The translations under genes and the position numbers were made by a program. Shown here one piece after another: positions 12,251 through 39,662 of a DNA stretch of 64,000 nucleotides. Origin of the DNA: an uncultured Gemmatimonadales bacterium (GTDB lineage Bacteria > Gemmatimonadota > Gemmatimonadetes > Longimicrobiales > Longimicrobiaceae); assembly GCA_963716255.1 (NCBI GenBank), contig OY970303.1:7488001-7552000 (forward strand), in the 5' to 3' direction. A model generated the notes under the pieces. That model saw only the letters and a program-made list of their open reading frames with translations. It ran no database searches and had not been told where the DNA came from. Position 1 is the first letter of the stretch, and the number at the start of each line of letters is the position of its first letter.

Positions 12251-15200
12251 GTGAGCGGGAGCGCGGGGCTTTCCGCCGAGGACCTGGAGCTGATGGCGCT
12301 CCTGCTGGAGGAAGCCGGGATCGAGGACGCCGGGCCGGACACCATCCGGCCGCGGCCGCCCGGCGTGCGCGTCCCGCTCAGCTTCTCCCAGAAGCGGCTC
12401 TGGTTCCTGGAGCAGCTGGAGCCCGAGACCCGCATCTACAACGACGTGTTCGGGCGGCGGCTGCTGGGCGCGCTGGACGTGGCCGCGCTGGACGCGGCGC
12501 TCCACGGCGTGGTGCGGCGGCACGAGGCGCTGCGCACCGTGTTCGTGGAGGAAGCGGGCGAGCCGGTGCAGGTGGTGCTGGACCGGCACCCCGTGCGGCT
12601 GGACGTGCGCGACCTGTCCGGCGTCCCGGAGGAGGAGCGCATGGCGGCCGTGCGCCGCATCGCCGACGAAGTCACCTGCGCGCCCTTCGACCTGGCGCGC
12701 GGGCCGCTGCTGCGCCCCACCCTGCTGCGCCTGGGCGAGGACGACCACGCCCTCCTCCTCCCCGTGCACCACATCGTCACCGACGGCTGGTCGCAGGGCG
12801 TCTTCTGGCGCGAGCTCCAGGCGCTGTACGACGCCGCGCGCGAGGGGCGACCCTCGCCGCTCCCGCCGCCGACGCTGCAGTTCGGCGACTTCGCCGTGTG
12901 GCAGCAGGAGCACCTGGCCGGCGGCGCGCTGGAGCGGCAGCTCTCCTACTGGAAGGACCGGCTCCGCGGCGCACCGGTCCTCCTCGCCCTCCCCACCGAC
13001 CGCCCTCGCCCCGCCGAGCAGAGCTACCGCGGTGCCGCCTACGACTTCGCCGTCCCCGAAGACGCTTCCGCGCGCCTGGGCTTGCTCGCGCACTCCGCGG
13101 GCGCCACGCTCTTCATGGCCGCGCTCGCGGCCATGAGCGCGCTCCTCGGCCGCTACACCGGCGAGGACGACGTGGTCGTCGGCTCGCCCATCGCCAGCCG
13201 CACCCGGCCGGAGCTGGAGGACGTCGTCGGGCTCTTCGCCAACACGCTCGCCGTGCGCGTGGACCTGTCGGGCGACCCCACCTTCCGCGAGCTGCTGCTG
13301 CGCGTGCGCGACGCCGTCTTCGAGGACTTCGCCCACCAGGACCTCCCCTTCGAGAAGATCGTGGAGGAGCTGCGGGTCGAGCGCAGCCTCAGCTACAACC
13401 CCGTCTACCAGGTGCTCCTGGTCCATCAGAACGCGCCGCGCACGCAGGCGCGCTTCACCGGGCTGGCGATGCACCCGCTGGAGCTGGACCACCGCAAGTC
13501 CAAGCTGGACCTGGCGCTCACCCTGTTCGGGACGGAGCGCGGCATCCTCGGCGGGTGGGAGTACAGCACCGAGCTGTTCGACCGCGAGACCATCGTCCGC
13601 CTCACCGACCACTTCCTCGTCCTGCTGGCCGCGGTCGCGGAGGACCCCGACCGCCGGCTCTCGGAGCTGCCGCTGGTCCGCCCCGAGGAGCGCACCCGCG
13701 TGCTGCACGCGTGGAGCGCCGGCGGCGGGGCGGAGGCGTACACGGCGCCCGTGCACACGCTCTTCCAGGCGCAGGCGGCGCGCACGCCGGACGCGGTCGC
13801 CGTGGCCTCGGGGGACGACGTGCTCACCTACCGGGAGCTCAGCCGCGCCGCCGCCCGGCTCGCGCACCACCTGCGGGCGCGCGGCGTGGGGCCGGAGTCG
13901 CGGGTGGGGGTGTGCGTGGAGCGCTCGCCGGAGATGCTGGTGGCGCTCCTGGGCGTGCTGGGGGCGGGCGCGGCGTACGTCCCCCTGGACCCGCGCTCCC
14001 CGCGCGACCGCCTGGCGCTGATCCTGGAGGACGCGGGGATCTCCGTGCTGCTGACGCAGGAACGGCTCTTCGCCGGCCTTCCCGGGAGCGCCGCGGCGGA
14101 CGCGGTGTTCCTGGACGCCGACCGGGAGGAGATCGACGCGTGGCCGGACACGCCGCCGGAGGTGGAGGTGTCCGCGGAGGGCGCGGCGTACGTCGTCTAC
14201 ACCTCGGGGTCCACCGGCCGCCCCCGGGGCGTGGTGGTGCCGCACGGGGCGCTCGCGGGGTTCGTGGCGGCGGCCCGGGAGGCGTACGGCATCGGGGCGG
14301 GGGACCGCGTGCTGCAGTTCGCCTCCATCGCCTTCGACGCCGCCGCGGAGGAGATCTGGCCGGCGCTGCTCTCCGGGGCGCGGCTGGTGCTGCGCACCGA
14401 GGAGATGCTGGACTCCGCCCGCGCCTTCCTGGACGCCTGCCGCGACCGGGGGATCACCGTGCTCGACCTGCCCACGGCGTACTGGCACGAGCTGGCCGCC
14501 GGGCTCGCCGACGGGGACGGGGACGGGGCCGAGCTGCCGGCGAGCGTGCGGCTGGTGATCATCGGCGGGGAGCGGGCGCTGCCGGAGCGGCTGCGCGCCT
14601 GGCGCGAGCGCTTCGGCGGGGGGGTGCGCCTGGTGAACAGCTACGGGCCCACCGAGGCCACGGTGGTCGCAACCCTCGCCGACCTGGACGGCGGCGGGGA
14701 CTCGGGAATCGCCCCCGGGCACGTCCCCATCGGGCGGCCGCTGGGGCACGCGCGCGCCTACGTCCTGGACGCGCGCGGCGAGCCGGCGCCCGTGGGGGTG
14801 CCGGGGGAGCTGTACCTGGGCGGCGGCGGGCTGGCCCGCGGCTACCTGGGCGACCCGGCGCGCACGGCGGCGGCGTTCGTCCCGGACCCGTTCTCGGGCG
14901 GGGCCGGCGCGCGCCTGTACCGCACCGGCGACCGGGTGCGCTGGCTGGCGGACGGGACGCTGGAGTTCATCGGCCGGACCGACCACCAGGTCAAGATCCG
15001 CGGCTTCCGGGTGGAGCCCGGCGAGGTGGAGGCCGCGCTGGCGCGGCAGCCGGGGGTGGAGGACGCGGCCGTGGTGGCGCGGGACGACGGCGCCGGGCAG
15101 CCGCGGCTGGTCGCCTACGTCGTCCCCGACCGGGCCGCGCCGCCCCCGGTCGCCGCGCTGCGCGCCGCCCTGGGGGCCGCTCTGCCGCCGTACATGCTCC

Positions 15201-15640
15201 CGGCCGCCTGGGTGATGCTGGACGTGCTCCCCGTCACCCGCAACGGCAAGGTGGACCGGCGCGCCCTCCCGGCCCCGGAATCGGTCCCGGCGGAGCGCGA
15301 GCCCGGTGCGGTCGCCCCGCGGAGCGGCGTGGAGCGCGCAGTCGCCGAGGCGTGGCGGGAGGTGCTGGGGATCGAGTCGGTGGGGCTGGACGACAACTTC
15401 TTCGACCTGGGCGGCCACTCCCTCCTCCTGGCGCGGCTGCGGAGCCGGCTCCAGGGGAGGTTCCCGCGCGAGGCGTCCGTCGTGGTCCTGTTCCGCTATC
15501 CCACCGTGCGCTCCCTGGCCGAGTACCTGGGCGGGGGCGATGCCCCGGCGCCCGCGGAGGCACCCGCCGCGGAGGAGGTGGAGGCCCGCCGGGCCGCGCT
15601 GCGCCGCCGCCGCGACCTGAAGCGCGACGCCGGGGGGTAG
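12251..15640 (+). CDS. Single-module NRPS (C-A-PCP)
   Basis: [59 protein letters not shown] start. Confidence 0.95.
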   Translation: MSGSAGLSAEDLELMALLLEEAGIEDAGPDTIRPRPPGVRVPLSFSQKRLWFLEQLEPETRIYNDVFGRRLLGALDVAALDAALHGVVRRHEALRTVFVEEAGEPVQVVLDRHPVRLDVRDLSGVPEEERMAAVRRIADEVTCAPFDLARGPLLRPTLLRLGEDDHALLLPVHHIVTDGWSQGVFWRELQALYDAAREGRPSPLPPPTLQFGDFAVWQQEHLAGGALERQLSYWKDRLRGAPVLLALPTDRPRPAEQSYRGAAYDFAVPEDASARLGLLAHSAGATLFMAALAAMSALLGRYTGEDDVVVGSPIASRTRPELEDVVGLFANTLAVRVDLSGDPTFRELLLRVRDAVFEDFAHQDLPFEKIVEELRVERSLSYNPVYQVLLVHQNAPRTQARFTGLAMHPLELDHRKSKLDLALTLFGTERGILGGWEYSTELFDRETIVRLTDHFLVLLAAVAEDPDRRLSELPLVRPEERTRVLHAWSAGGGAEAYTAPVHTLFQAQAARTPDAVAVASGDDVLTYRELSRAAARLAHHLRARGVGPESRVGVCVERSPEMLVALLGVLGAGAAYVPLDPRSPRDRLALILEDAGISVLLTQERLFAGLPGSAAADAVFLDADREEIDAWPDTPPEVEVSAEGAAYVVYTSGSTGRPRGVVVPHGALAGFVAAAREAYGIGAGDRVLQFASIAFDAAAEEIWPALLSGARLVLRTEEMLDSARAFLDACRDRGITVLDLPTAYWHELAAGLADGDGDGAELPASVRLVIIGGERALPERLRAWRERFGGGVRLVNSYGPTEATVVATLADLDGGGDSGIAPGHVPIGRPLGHARAYVLDARGEPAPVGVPGELYLGGGGLARGYLGDPARTAAAFVPDPFSGGAGARLYRTGDRVRWLADGTLEFIGRTDHQVKIRGFRVEPGEVEAALARQPGVEDAAVVARDDGAGQPRLVAYVVPDRAAPPPVAALRAALGAALPPYMLPAAWVMLDVLPVTRNGKVDRRALPAPESVPAEREPGAVAPRSGVERAVAEAWREVLGIESVGLDDNFFDLGGHSLLLARLRSRLQGRFPREASVVVLFRYPTVRSLAEYLGGGDAPAPAEAPAAEEVEARRAALRRRRDLKRDAGG

Positions 15641-15681
15641 CCTTACCGGGTCCGGTTGGAACGGCTTCGGACCGCGGGTTC

Positions 15682-15810
15682 GGGCGTGCCCCCGGCTGGC
15701 GCCGGGGTCGGGCTTCGGCTCCGTAAGGCAGCAAACAACGCTGCCTAACGGAGTCGAGCCCCGGCAAACGGCCGCCGGGTCTCGCCCCTTCGGGCCGAAA
15801 TCCCTCACGC
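15682..15810 (+). repeat. Element A copy 4
   Basis: Variable stem AGGCAGC-AAACAAC-GCTGCCT. Confidence 0.95.
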
Positions 15811-15937
15811 GGCCGCGTGCCCGGGCCCGACGTTCCGAAGGTGCCCGAATCACACGGATCCCGTAGCACGCGGCGCCCGGGCGAGCTCCCTCGCCCCGGG
15901 CGCCGCGCGTCCGTGCGGCCGGAGCGGACGGGCCGCC

Positions 15938-15966
15938 TTGACGCACCGCGTGGCCCGGTCTAGAAT
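15938..15966 (+). promoter_or_regulatory. Sigma70-type promoter for the large NRPS
   Basis: TTGACG (15938-15943), 17-nt spacer, TAGAAT (15961-15966); near consensus in a very GC-rich background, ~200 nt upstream of the ATG. Confidence 0.7.
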
Positions 15967-16167
15967 GCGTCGTGAACTATGCGCACGACCTCCGCCCTTT
16001 GCCGGACCCTTCCCGCAACTCCGCCGCAGGCCCGGGCTTCCTTCCCCGCGTCCGGCGCGCCCGCCCGGCTCGCCATCCCGCCTGGTTCAGCCCCGCTCCA
16101 CCACAGCCGATCCTCAGTCGTGGCGCCGGGGTCCGCCCCGCGCCAGGCCCTGAACCCCGGTTGCTGA

Positions 16168-33093
<16,926 letters not shown>

Positions 33094-33191
33094 TGACCCG
33101 GGGCGCCGTGCTGTTGACGCCAGGGGCCTGATCCGGAGCGGCGTGTAGCACCTCTCGCGCTACGCGACGTCCGGGAAAGTCCACGAAGCTC

Positions 33192-33225
33192 TTGCTTTTT
33201 GTGGGCCCTCCCCACTACAGTGTAG
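33192..33225 (+). promoter_or_regulatory. Putative TA-operon promoter with overlapping inverted repeats
   Basis: TTGCTT (33192), 18-nt spacer, TACAGT (33216); inverted repeats GTGGG-N5-CCCAC (33201-33215) and CTACA-G-TGTAG (33215-33225). Confidence 0.5.
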
Positions 33226-33258
33226 CGGGCGCGCGATTGGATTTCACCCGGAGGACGC

Positions 33259-33795
33259 ATGGCGGCCAGGAAGAAGCCGGATCCCGCGGAAGGCGGACCC
33301 TCCGGGGGCGGTGCCCGGCCACGCCGCATGGTGCGTGAGCTGAAGGAGGGATACATGACCGACGTGGACGCCACGCTGCGGGCCTTCCAGCCCGACCGCG
33401 GGATCGCAGTCATCGAGTACGGGCGCGAGCGTCAGCGCTTCACCCGCGAGAGGACCCCCGAACAGGTGATCGCCATGGCCGACTACCACCGCGCCCGCCA
33501 CGGCTTCGCCAGCGACCAGGAGCTCGCCGGCGTGCTGGGCGTGCACCGCACGCGGCTCGCCGCGTGGAAGCAGGGCAGCGAGGTGCCCCGCCCGGAGAAC
33601 TCGCAGCTGCTTTCCCACCTCGCCGTGGTGGTGCAGGAGCTGGAGCGCTTCCTCGACCCCGAGGTGATCGGCGACTGGCTCCTGGGCGAGCAGCTCGCCC
33701 TGGGCGGGCGGACCCCGGTGGAGGCGTTGCGCGACGGCCGCCTCGCCGAGGTGCTCCAGCTCGCCAACGCGACGGAGCACGGCGCGTACGCCTGA
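33259..33795 (+). CDS. Xre/MbcA/ParS-type antitoxin (HTH plus toxin-binding domain)
   Basis: HTH SDQELAGVLGVHRTRLAAW; C-terminal WL..ALGGRTPVEALRDGR..EV..GAYA; TGATG-coupled to the RES gene. Confidence 0.85.
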   Translation: MAARKKPDPAEGGPSGGGARPRRMVRELKEGYMTDVDATLRAFQPDRGIAVIEYGRERQRFTRERTPEQVIAMADYHRARHGFASDQELAGVLGVHRTRLAAWKQGSEVPRPENSQLLSHLAVVVQELERFLDPEVIGDWLLGEQLALGGRTPVEALRDGRLAEVLQLANATEHGAYA

Positions 33796-34442
33796 TGGCG
33801 GCGCCCGCCGCGGGCCTCCGCGGGCCGTTCTGGAGGGTGTTCCCCTGGGACCCTTCCGCGCCGCCTGGGGACCCGTACACCCCTCAGTACGTTCTCCCCT
33901 CCGGCGCACAGACCGGCGGACGCTTCGACCTGGGCGATCCGTCGGTGCTCTACCTGGCGCTCGACGACCCCTCGCACGCGCTCGCCGAGGTGCTGCAGTA
34001 CCTGCGCGGGCGGCGCGAGCTGCGCGCCGCCCACCTCGTCCGCAGGGACCGCGGGGGTGCCGCGCACCCGCTGGCCCTGGTGGAAACCTGGCTTCCCGCC
34101 GGGCTGTACGACGACCTTCCCGACCTGGGCGACCCCGCCGTCCTGCTGCGCCTCGGCGTGCGGGCCGACGAGCCGGCCTCGCGCGACCGTGCCGTGACGC
34201 AGCGCATCTCCCGCGCGCTGCACGACGCCCACGGCGTCGCCGGCTTCCGCTGGTGGTCGGCGTTCCGCGGCGACTGGCACGTGGCCACCCTGTTCATGGA
34301 CCGGGTGGACCCGTTCGCGGTCCGCTACGGCGCCCCCGATCCGCTCCACCTTCGGCACCCGGTGGTCCACGCCGCCGCCCGCGAGCTGAAGCTGCACGTG
34401 CACGGGCGGGCGCCTTCCCCGGCCGCCGCCGCGCTCCCCTGA
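33795..34442 (+). CDS. RES-domain toxin (putative NAD+ phosphorylase/ADP-ribosyltransferase)
   Basis: R (FWRV), GGRF, LYLA, E (ALAEV), TQRIS, S (GFRWWSA). Confidence 0.85.
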   Translation: MAAPAAGLRGPFWRVFPWDPSAPPGDPYTPQYVLPSGAQTGGRFDLGDPSVLYLALDDPSHALAEVLQYLRGRRELRAAHLVRRDRGGAAHPLALVETWLPAGLYDDLPDLGDPAVLLRLGVRADEPASRDRAVTQRISRALHDAHGVAGFRWWSAFRGDWHVATLFMDRVDPFAVRYGAPDPLHLRHPVVHAAARELKLHVHGRAPSPAAAALP

Positions 34443-34483
34443 CCCCCGGGCGCCCGCTCGAGCCCGCCGCCGCGCCGGAGCCT

Positions 34484-34609
34484 GCGTGAGGGATGCGAGC
34501 GCGAAGCGGCGAGACCCGCGGCTGTTTGCGGGGCTCGCCTCCGTTGCAAACGGTAGTATCGTTTGCTACGGAGCCGCAGCCCGACCCCGGCGCAGCCGGG
34601 GGCACGCCC
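34484..34609 (-). repeat. Element A copy 6 (subtype 2)
   Basis: Variable stem GCAAACG-ATACTAC-CGTTTGC; subtype with CTGCGG..CTCGCA in place of CTTCGG..CCGAAA. Confidence 0.92.
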
Positions 34610-34647
34610 GAGCCCTGCCGTCCAACCCGCCTCAACCTGGATCCGGA

Positions 34648-36888
34648 ATGAGACCACTCCTGGCCCTGCTCCTGGCCGTGCTCCTCGCCCCCGCCGCGCG
34701 GGCGCAGGGCTCCGCCACCCTCACCCTGGACCGCATCTTCTCCGGCGAGCTCGCCCCCGACTACCCGGGCCAGGCGCGCTGGATGCCGGACGGCGGCGCC
34801 TACACCATGCTGGAGCCCTCCCCGCGCGTCGCGGGCGCGGACGAGCTGGTGCGCTACGACGCGGCCGGCGGCGCGCGCAGCGTCCTGGTTCCCGCCGAGC
34901 GGCTGGTCCCTCCCGGCGGGGACCGGCCGCTGTCCGTGGACGACTACCAGTGGTCTCCGGACGGGCGGCGCCTGCTGGTGTTCACCAACACCGCGCGCGT
35001 GTGGCGCGCCGATACCCGCGGCGACTACTGGGTGCTGGACCTGCAGGGTGGCGCGCTCCGCAGGCTGGGCGGCGACGCGGCCCCCTCCACGCTGATGTTC
35101 GCCAAGTTCTCCCCCGAAGGGGGGCGCGTGGCCTACGTGCGAGAGAACGACCTGTACGTGGAGGAGCTGTCCGCCGGGGCCGTCACCCGGCTCACGCGAG
35201 ACGGCTCGCGCACCACCATCAACGGCACCTTCGACTGGCTGTACGAGGAGGAGTTCGGGCTGCGGGACGGCTTCCGCTGGAGCCCGGACGGGCGGCGCAT
35301 CGCCTTCTGGCAGCTGGACGCCTCCGGCGTGCGCGACTTCTACCTGGTCAACAACACCGATTCGCTGTACTCGCGCGTCATCCCCGTGCAGTACCCCAAG
35401 GCGGGGACCACCAACTCCGCCGTGCGCGTGGGCGTGGTGGACGCCGCGGGCGGCCCCGCCCGCTGGCTGGAGCTCCCCGGCGACCCGCGCAACGTGTACG
35501 TGGCCCGGATGGAGTGGGCCGCCGGCTCCGACGAGGTGGTCCTCCAGCACCTCAACCGCCACCAGAACACCCTCCAGGTGATGCTCGGCGACGCGCGCAC
35601 CGGCCGGGTCCGCACCGTGCTCGCGGAGCGCGACAGCGCCTGGGTGGACGTGGTGGACGACCTGCACTGGCTGGGCGGCGGCGAGCGCTTCACCTGGGTC
35701 AGCGAGCGCGACGGGTGGCGCCGTGTCTACCTGGTGTCCCGCGACGGGCGGACCGTGGCGCCGGTGACGCCCGCCGGGGTGGACGTGATGTCGGTGGCGG
35801 GGGTGGACGGGCGCGGCGGGTGGCTGTACTACGTGGCCTCGCCGGACGACGCCACGCAGCGCTTCCTGTTCCGCGCGCGGCTGGACGGCCGCGGCGCCCC
35901 GGAGCGCCTCACGCCGGCCGGCGCGGGCGGGACGCACGAGTACGACATCGCCCCCGGCTTCCGCTGGGCGCTCCACGCGGGCTCCGCCATGGGCGACCCG
36001 CCGCGCGTGGACCTGCTGCGGCTCCCCGGGCACAGGGTGGAGCGCACGCTGGTCTCCAACGACTCGCTGCGGGCGCGGCTGGCGGGGCTCGCCGGCGGGC
36101 GGGGCGAGTTCTTCCGGGTGGACGTGGGCGGGGGCGTGGAGCTGGACGGGTGGATGCTCAAGCCCCCCGGCTTCGACCCGTCCCGGCGCTACCCGGTGCT
36201 CTTCCACGTGTACGGCGAGCCGGCGTCGGTCACGGTGACGGACGCGTGGGGTGGGCGCGACTACCTGTGGCACCGGATGCTGGCGCAGCGGGGCTACCTG
36301 GTGGTCAGCGTCGACAACCGCGGCACCCCGGCACCCCGGGGGCGGGCGTGGCGCAAGGGGGTGTACCGCCGGGTGGGCGAGCTGTCCTCCGCCGACCAGG
36401 CGGGGGCGGCGCGCGTGGTCCGGGGCTGGTCGTTCGTGGACTCCGCGCGGGTGGGCATCTGGGGGTGGAGCGGGGGAGGGTCGCAGACGCTCAACGCCCT
36501 GTTCCGCTACCCGGAGCTGTACCGCACCGGGATCGCCGTGGCGCCCGTGCCCGACATGCGCTACTACGACACCGCGTACCAGGAGCGCTACATGGGGCTC
36601 CCGCAGGAAAACCCGGAGGCGTACCGCATGGGCTCGCCCATCACCTTCGCGGACCGGCTGCGCGGCGACCTCCTGCTGGTGCACGGCACCGGCGACGACA
36701 ACGTGCACTACCAGGGCACCGAGGCGCTGATCAACGCCCTGGTGGCAGCGGGGAAGCCGTTCGAGATGATGGCGTACCCGAACCGGACCCACGGGATCTA
36801 CGAGGGCAGGGGCACGTCGCGGCACCTGTACGAGCTGTTCACCCGGTATTTGGCCGAGCACCTTCCGGCGGGTCCGGCTGCGAACTGA
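34648..36888 (+). CDS. S9B dipeptidyl-peptidase IV family protein
   Basis: Signal peptide; NGTFDWLYEEEF, YPKAGTTNS, GIWGWSGGG (Ser), GTGDDNVH (Asp), YPNRTHGI (His). Confidence 0.93.
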   Translation: MRPLLALLLAVLLAPAARAQGSATLTLDRIFSGELAPDYPGQARWMPDGGAYTMLEPSPRVAGADELVRYDAAGGARSVLVPAERLVPPGGDRPLSVDDYQWSPDGRRLLVFTNTARVWRADTRGDYWVLDLQGGALRRLGGDAAPSTLMFAKFSPEGGRVAYVRENDLYVEELSAGAVTRLTRDGSRTTINGTFDWLYEEEFGLRDGFRWSPDGRRIAFWQLDASGVRDFYLVNNTDSLYSRVIPVQYPKAGTTNSAVRVGVVDAAGGPARWLELPGDPRNVYVARMEWAAGSDEVVLQHLNRHQNTLQVMLGDARTGRVRTVLAERDSAWVDVVDDLHWLGGGERFTWVSERDGWRRVYLVSRDGRTVAPVTPAGVDVMSVAGVDGRGGWLYYVASPDDATQRFLFRARLDGRGAPERLTPAGAGGTHEYDIAPGFRWALHAGSAMGDPPRVDLLRLPGHRVERTLVSNDSLRARLAGLAGGRGEFFRVDVGGGVELDGWMLKPPGFDPSRRYPVLFHVYGEPASVTVTDAWGGRDYLWHRMLAQRGYLVVSVDNRGTPAPRGRAWRKGVYRRVGELSSADQAGAARVVRGWSFVDSARVGIWGWSGGGSQTLNALFRYPELYRTGIAVAPVPDMRYYDTAYQERYMGLPQENPEAYRMGSPITFADRLRGDLLLVHGTGDDNVHYQGTEALINALVAAGKPFEMMAYPNRTHGIYEGRGTSRHLYELFTRYLAEHLPAGPAAN

Positions 36889-36917
36889 ACGGCTACGGCT
36901 ACGTATACGGCGGGGTC

Positions 36918-37044
36918 GGGCGTGCCCCCGCTGGCGCGGGGTCGGGCTTCGGCTCCGTAGCAGACGAAACAACCGTCTGCAACGGAGTCGAGCCCGCGCA
37001 AACAGCCGCGCGGTCTCGCCCCTTCGGGCCGAAATCCCTCACGC
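36918..37044 (+). repeat. Element A copy 7
   Basis: Variable stem GCAGACG-AAACAAC-CGTCTGC; followed by the B-junction word GCTGGCGTC. Confidence 0.95.
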
Positions 37045-37127
37045 GGGGATCGCGCTGGCGTCGGCCGGGAGGGGCGTCCGCGGGGCGCCATCTCCCGCGC
37101 GGGGCGGCGGCGCGGTACATTGGCGCG

Positions 37128-38057
37128 ATGGACAACCTGACGCACACGCTGGTGGGCGCCGCGCTGGGCGAGGCGGGGCTGAAGCGGCGCACCGCGCTCG
37201 CCACGCCGACGCTGCTGGTGGGCGCGAACCTCCCGGACGTGGACGCCGCCGCCTACCTGTGGGGCGGGCTGGTCGCGCTGGAGTGGCGCCGCGGCTGGAC
37301 GCACGGGGTGCTCGCGTGGGCGGTGCTGCCGCTGCTCCTCGCGGGCGCGGTGCTGGGGGTGGCGCGGCTGGCCGAGCGGCGCGGCTGGCGCCCGGAGCGC
37401 CCCGTCCGCCCCCGCCAGATCCTCCTCCTCGCTTCCCTCGCCGTGTGGTCGCACCCGTTCCTGGACTGGCTGAACAGCTACGGCGTGCGCCTGCTGATGC
37501 CGTTCTCGCGGCGCTGGTTCTACGGCGACACGCTCTTCATCGTGGACCCCTGGCTCCTGCTGGTGCTGGGGCTGGGCATAGCGCTCGCGCGGCGGCGGGC
37601 GGGGAAGGGTAGCCCCGCCGCAGCCCGCCCGGCTCGCCTGGCGCTCGCCGCCGCGGCCGCGTACGTCGTCCTCGGCTTCGCCGGCACGCAGGTCGCCAGG
37701 CGCACCGTGGAGGCCGCGGTGCCCGGCGCCGCGCGCGTCCTCGCCGGCCCGGTGATGCTCGACCCGCTCCGCCGCGAGCTGCTGGTGGAGGAGGGCGCGG
37801 GGTACCGCCCGGGGAGTTTCGGGCTGCTCCCGGGCCGCGGCTGGACGCTGGACGCCGCCGCCATCGCCACCGCGGCCGACGGCCCCGCCGCCCGCCTCGC
37901 CCGTGCCACGCCCGAGGGAAGCGCCTTCCTCCGCTGGGCGCGCTTCCCCTACTTCCGCGCCGAGGGCGACACCCTGCGCATCCTCGACGCGCGCTACTTC
38001 GGCCCGCGAGGCGCCTGGGCCAGCGTGGCGATCCCGTTCGGGGACGGCAGGGAATAG
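37128..38057 (+). CDS. Membrane metal-dependent hydrolase (YdjM/DUF457-like)
   Basis: MDNLTHTLVG, NLPDVD, RRGWTHG, SHPFLDWLNSYG, GDTLFIVDPW. Confidence 0.85.
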   Translation: MDNLTHTLVGAALGEAGLKRRTALATPTLLVGANLPDVDAAAYLWGGLVALEWRRGWTHGVLAWAVLPLLLAGAVLGVARLAERRGWRPERPVRPRQILLLASLAVWSHPFLDWLNSYGVRLLMPFSRRWFYGDTLFIVDPWLLLVLGLGIALARRRAGKGSPAAARPARLALAAAAAYVVLGFAGTQVARRTVEAAVPGAARVLAGPVMLDPLRRELLVEEGAGYRPGSFGLLPGRGWTLDAAAIATAADGPAARLARATPEGSAFLRWARFPYFRAEGDTLRILDARYFGPRGAWASVAIPFGDGRE

Positions 38058-38115
38058 CGGACAGGGAACAGCCGGCTTCATCCGGTGCACGCGAAGCGTG
38101 CAGCGCCACGGCGGA

Positions 38116-38248
38116 CCCCCTCCCCCGGCCCATCCCCGCAAGGGGAGAGGGAGAGGAAGACGACACCGAGGTACAGGCAGCCCTCGCCCGCTTGCGGGGG
38201 AGGGTGGCGAGCCCCGGCGAGCCGGGTGGGGGCCCGGCGGACGCCAGC
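38116..38248 (+). repeat. Element B attached to A copy 8
   Basis: CCCCCTCCCCCGGCCCATCCCCGCAAGGGGAG..CAGGCAGCCCTC..GGGGGAGGGTGGCGAGCC..GCGAGCCGGGTGGGGGCC..GGACGCCAGC. Confidence 0.88.
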
Positions 38249-38257
38249 GCGATGCCC

Positions 38258-38390
38258 GCGTGAGGGATTTCGGCCCGAAGGGGCGAGACCCCGCGGGGCA
38301 GTTTCCGCGGGGGCTCGACTCCGTTAGGCAGCGTTGTTTGCTGCCTTACGGAGCCGAAGCCCGACCCCGGCGCCAGCCGGGGGCACGCCC
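38258..38390 (-). repeat. Element A copy 8
   Basis: Variable stem same as copy 4; ends 29 nt before the solA ATG. Confidence 0.95.
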
Positions 38391-38419
38391 AACCCTCCCT
38401 TCACACCATCCGTTGAATA

Positions 38420-39556
38420 ATGCCGACGTACGATGTGATCGTGCTGGGCGCTGGAGCCATGGGAAGCGCGGCGGCGTACCGGCTCGCCCGCCGCGGAGCC
38501 CGCGTGCTCGCGCTGGACGCCCACGCGCCGCCGCACCGGCTGGGCTCCACGCACGGCGGCACGCGCATCATCCGCGAGGCGTACTTCGAGCACCCGCTCT
38601 ACGTCCCGCTGGTGCGGCGCGCGTACGAGGCGTGGGCGGAGGTGGAGGAGGAGAGCGGGCGCACGCTGTACGTCCGGACGGGTGGGATGATGGTGGGGCC
38701 GGAGGACGGCGCGCTGGTCGCGGGCGCGCGGGCCAGCGCGCTGGAGCACGGCATCCCGCACGAGCTGCTGCAGGCGGACGAGGTGCGGCGGGCGTACCCG
38801 CACTTCCGGGTGCCGGACGGCATGGCGGCGCTGCTGGAGCACCGCGCCGGCATCCTCTTCCCGGAGGCGTGCGTGGAGACGCACCTGTCGCTCGCGCGGG
38901 CGCACGGCGCCGAGGTGCGCACCGGCGAGGCGGCGTCCGGGTGGACGGCGGACGGCGCGGGCGTCGCCGTCACGACCGCGGCCGGCATGTACCACGCGGA
39001 GCGGCTGGTGCTCGCGGCGGGGCCGTGGATGCCGGAGCTCCTCGCAGGGCTGGCGCTCCCGCTCCAGGTGGAGCGGCAGACCTTCCACTGGTACCGCCCG
39101 GCGGAGGCATCGGAGGCGTTCGGCCCCGCCCGCTGCCCCATCGCGATCTGGGAGCACGCGCCCGGCCGCTTCGTCGCCACCTTCCCGGACTTCGGCGACG
39201 GCGTCAAGGCGCAGGTCCACCACGAGGGCGCCCTCACCACGGCGGCCGGCGTCGCGCGCGACACCACCCCGGACGACGAGGCGCCGGTGCGGGAGCTGCT
39301 GCGCCGCTTCCTCCCCGGGGCGGCCGGCGCGCTCGCCGGCACCTCCGTCTGCCTGTACACCAACACGCCGGACGGTCACTTCGTGCTGGACCGCCACCCG
39401 GCGAGCCCGCGCGTGGTGGTTGCAAGCCCGTGCTCCGGGCACGGCTTCAAGTTCTCCAGCGCCATCGGCGAGGCCGTCGCCGCGCTGGCGCTGGACGAGC
39501 CCTTTCCGCTGGACCTGTCCGCGTTCGCCATCGCCCGCTTCGCGCCCGGCCCCTGA
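38420..39556 (+). CDS. solA: N-methyl-L-tryptophan oxidase / monomeric sarcosine oxidase family flavoenzyme
   Basis: GAGAMG FAD motif, GSTHGGTRIIREAY, CLYTNTPD (covalent-FAD Cys), CSGHGFKFS. Confidence 0.88.
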   Translation: MPTYDVIVLGAGAMGSAAAYRLARRGARVLALDAHAPPHRLGSTHGGTRIIREAYFEHPLYVPLVRRAYEAWAEVEEESGRTLYVRTGGMMVGPEDGALVAGARASALEHGIPHELLQADEVRRAYPHFRVPDGMAALLEHRAGILFPEACVETHLSLARAHGAEVRTGEAASGWTADGAGVAVTTAAGMYHAERLVLAAGPWMPELLAGLALPLQVERQTFHWYRPAEASEAFGPARCPIAIWEHAPGRFVATFPDFGDGVKAQVHHEGALTTAAGVARDTTPDDEAPVRELLRRFLPGAAGALAGTSVCLYTNTPDGHFVLDRHPASPRVVVASPCSGHGFKFSSAIGEAVAALALDEPFPLDLSAFAIARFAPGP

Positions 39557-39662
39557 TCGCCGGATCCGCCCTGCACGGCGGCGCGTGTCCCACGCGAAAG
39601 GCGCCCCGGTCCGGATCTCCCGGCGGGACGCCTTTGGCGTGCTCCGTACTGCCGTTCCCTCG

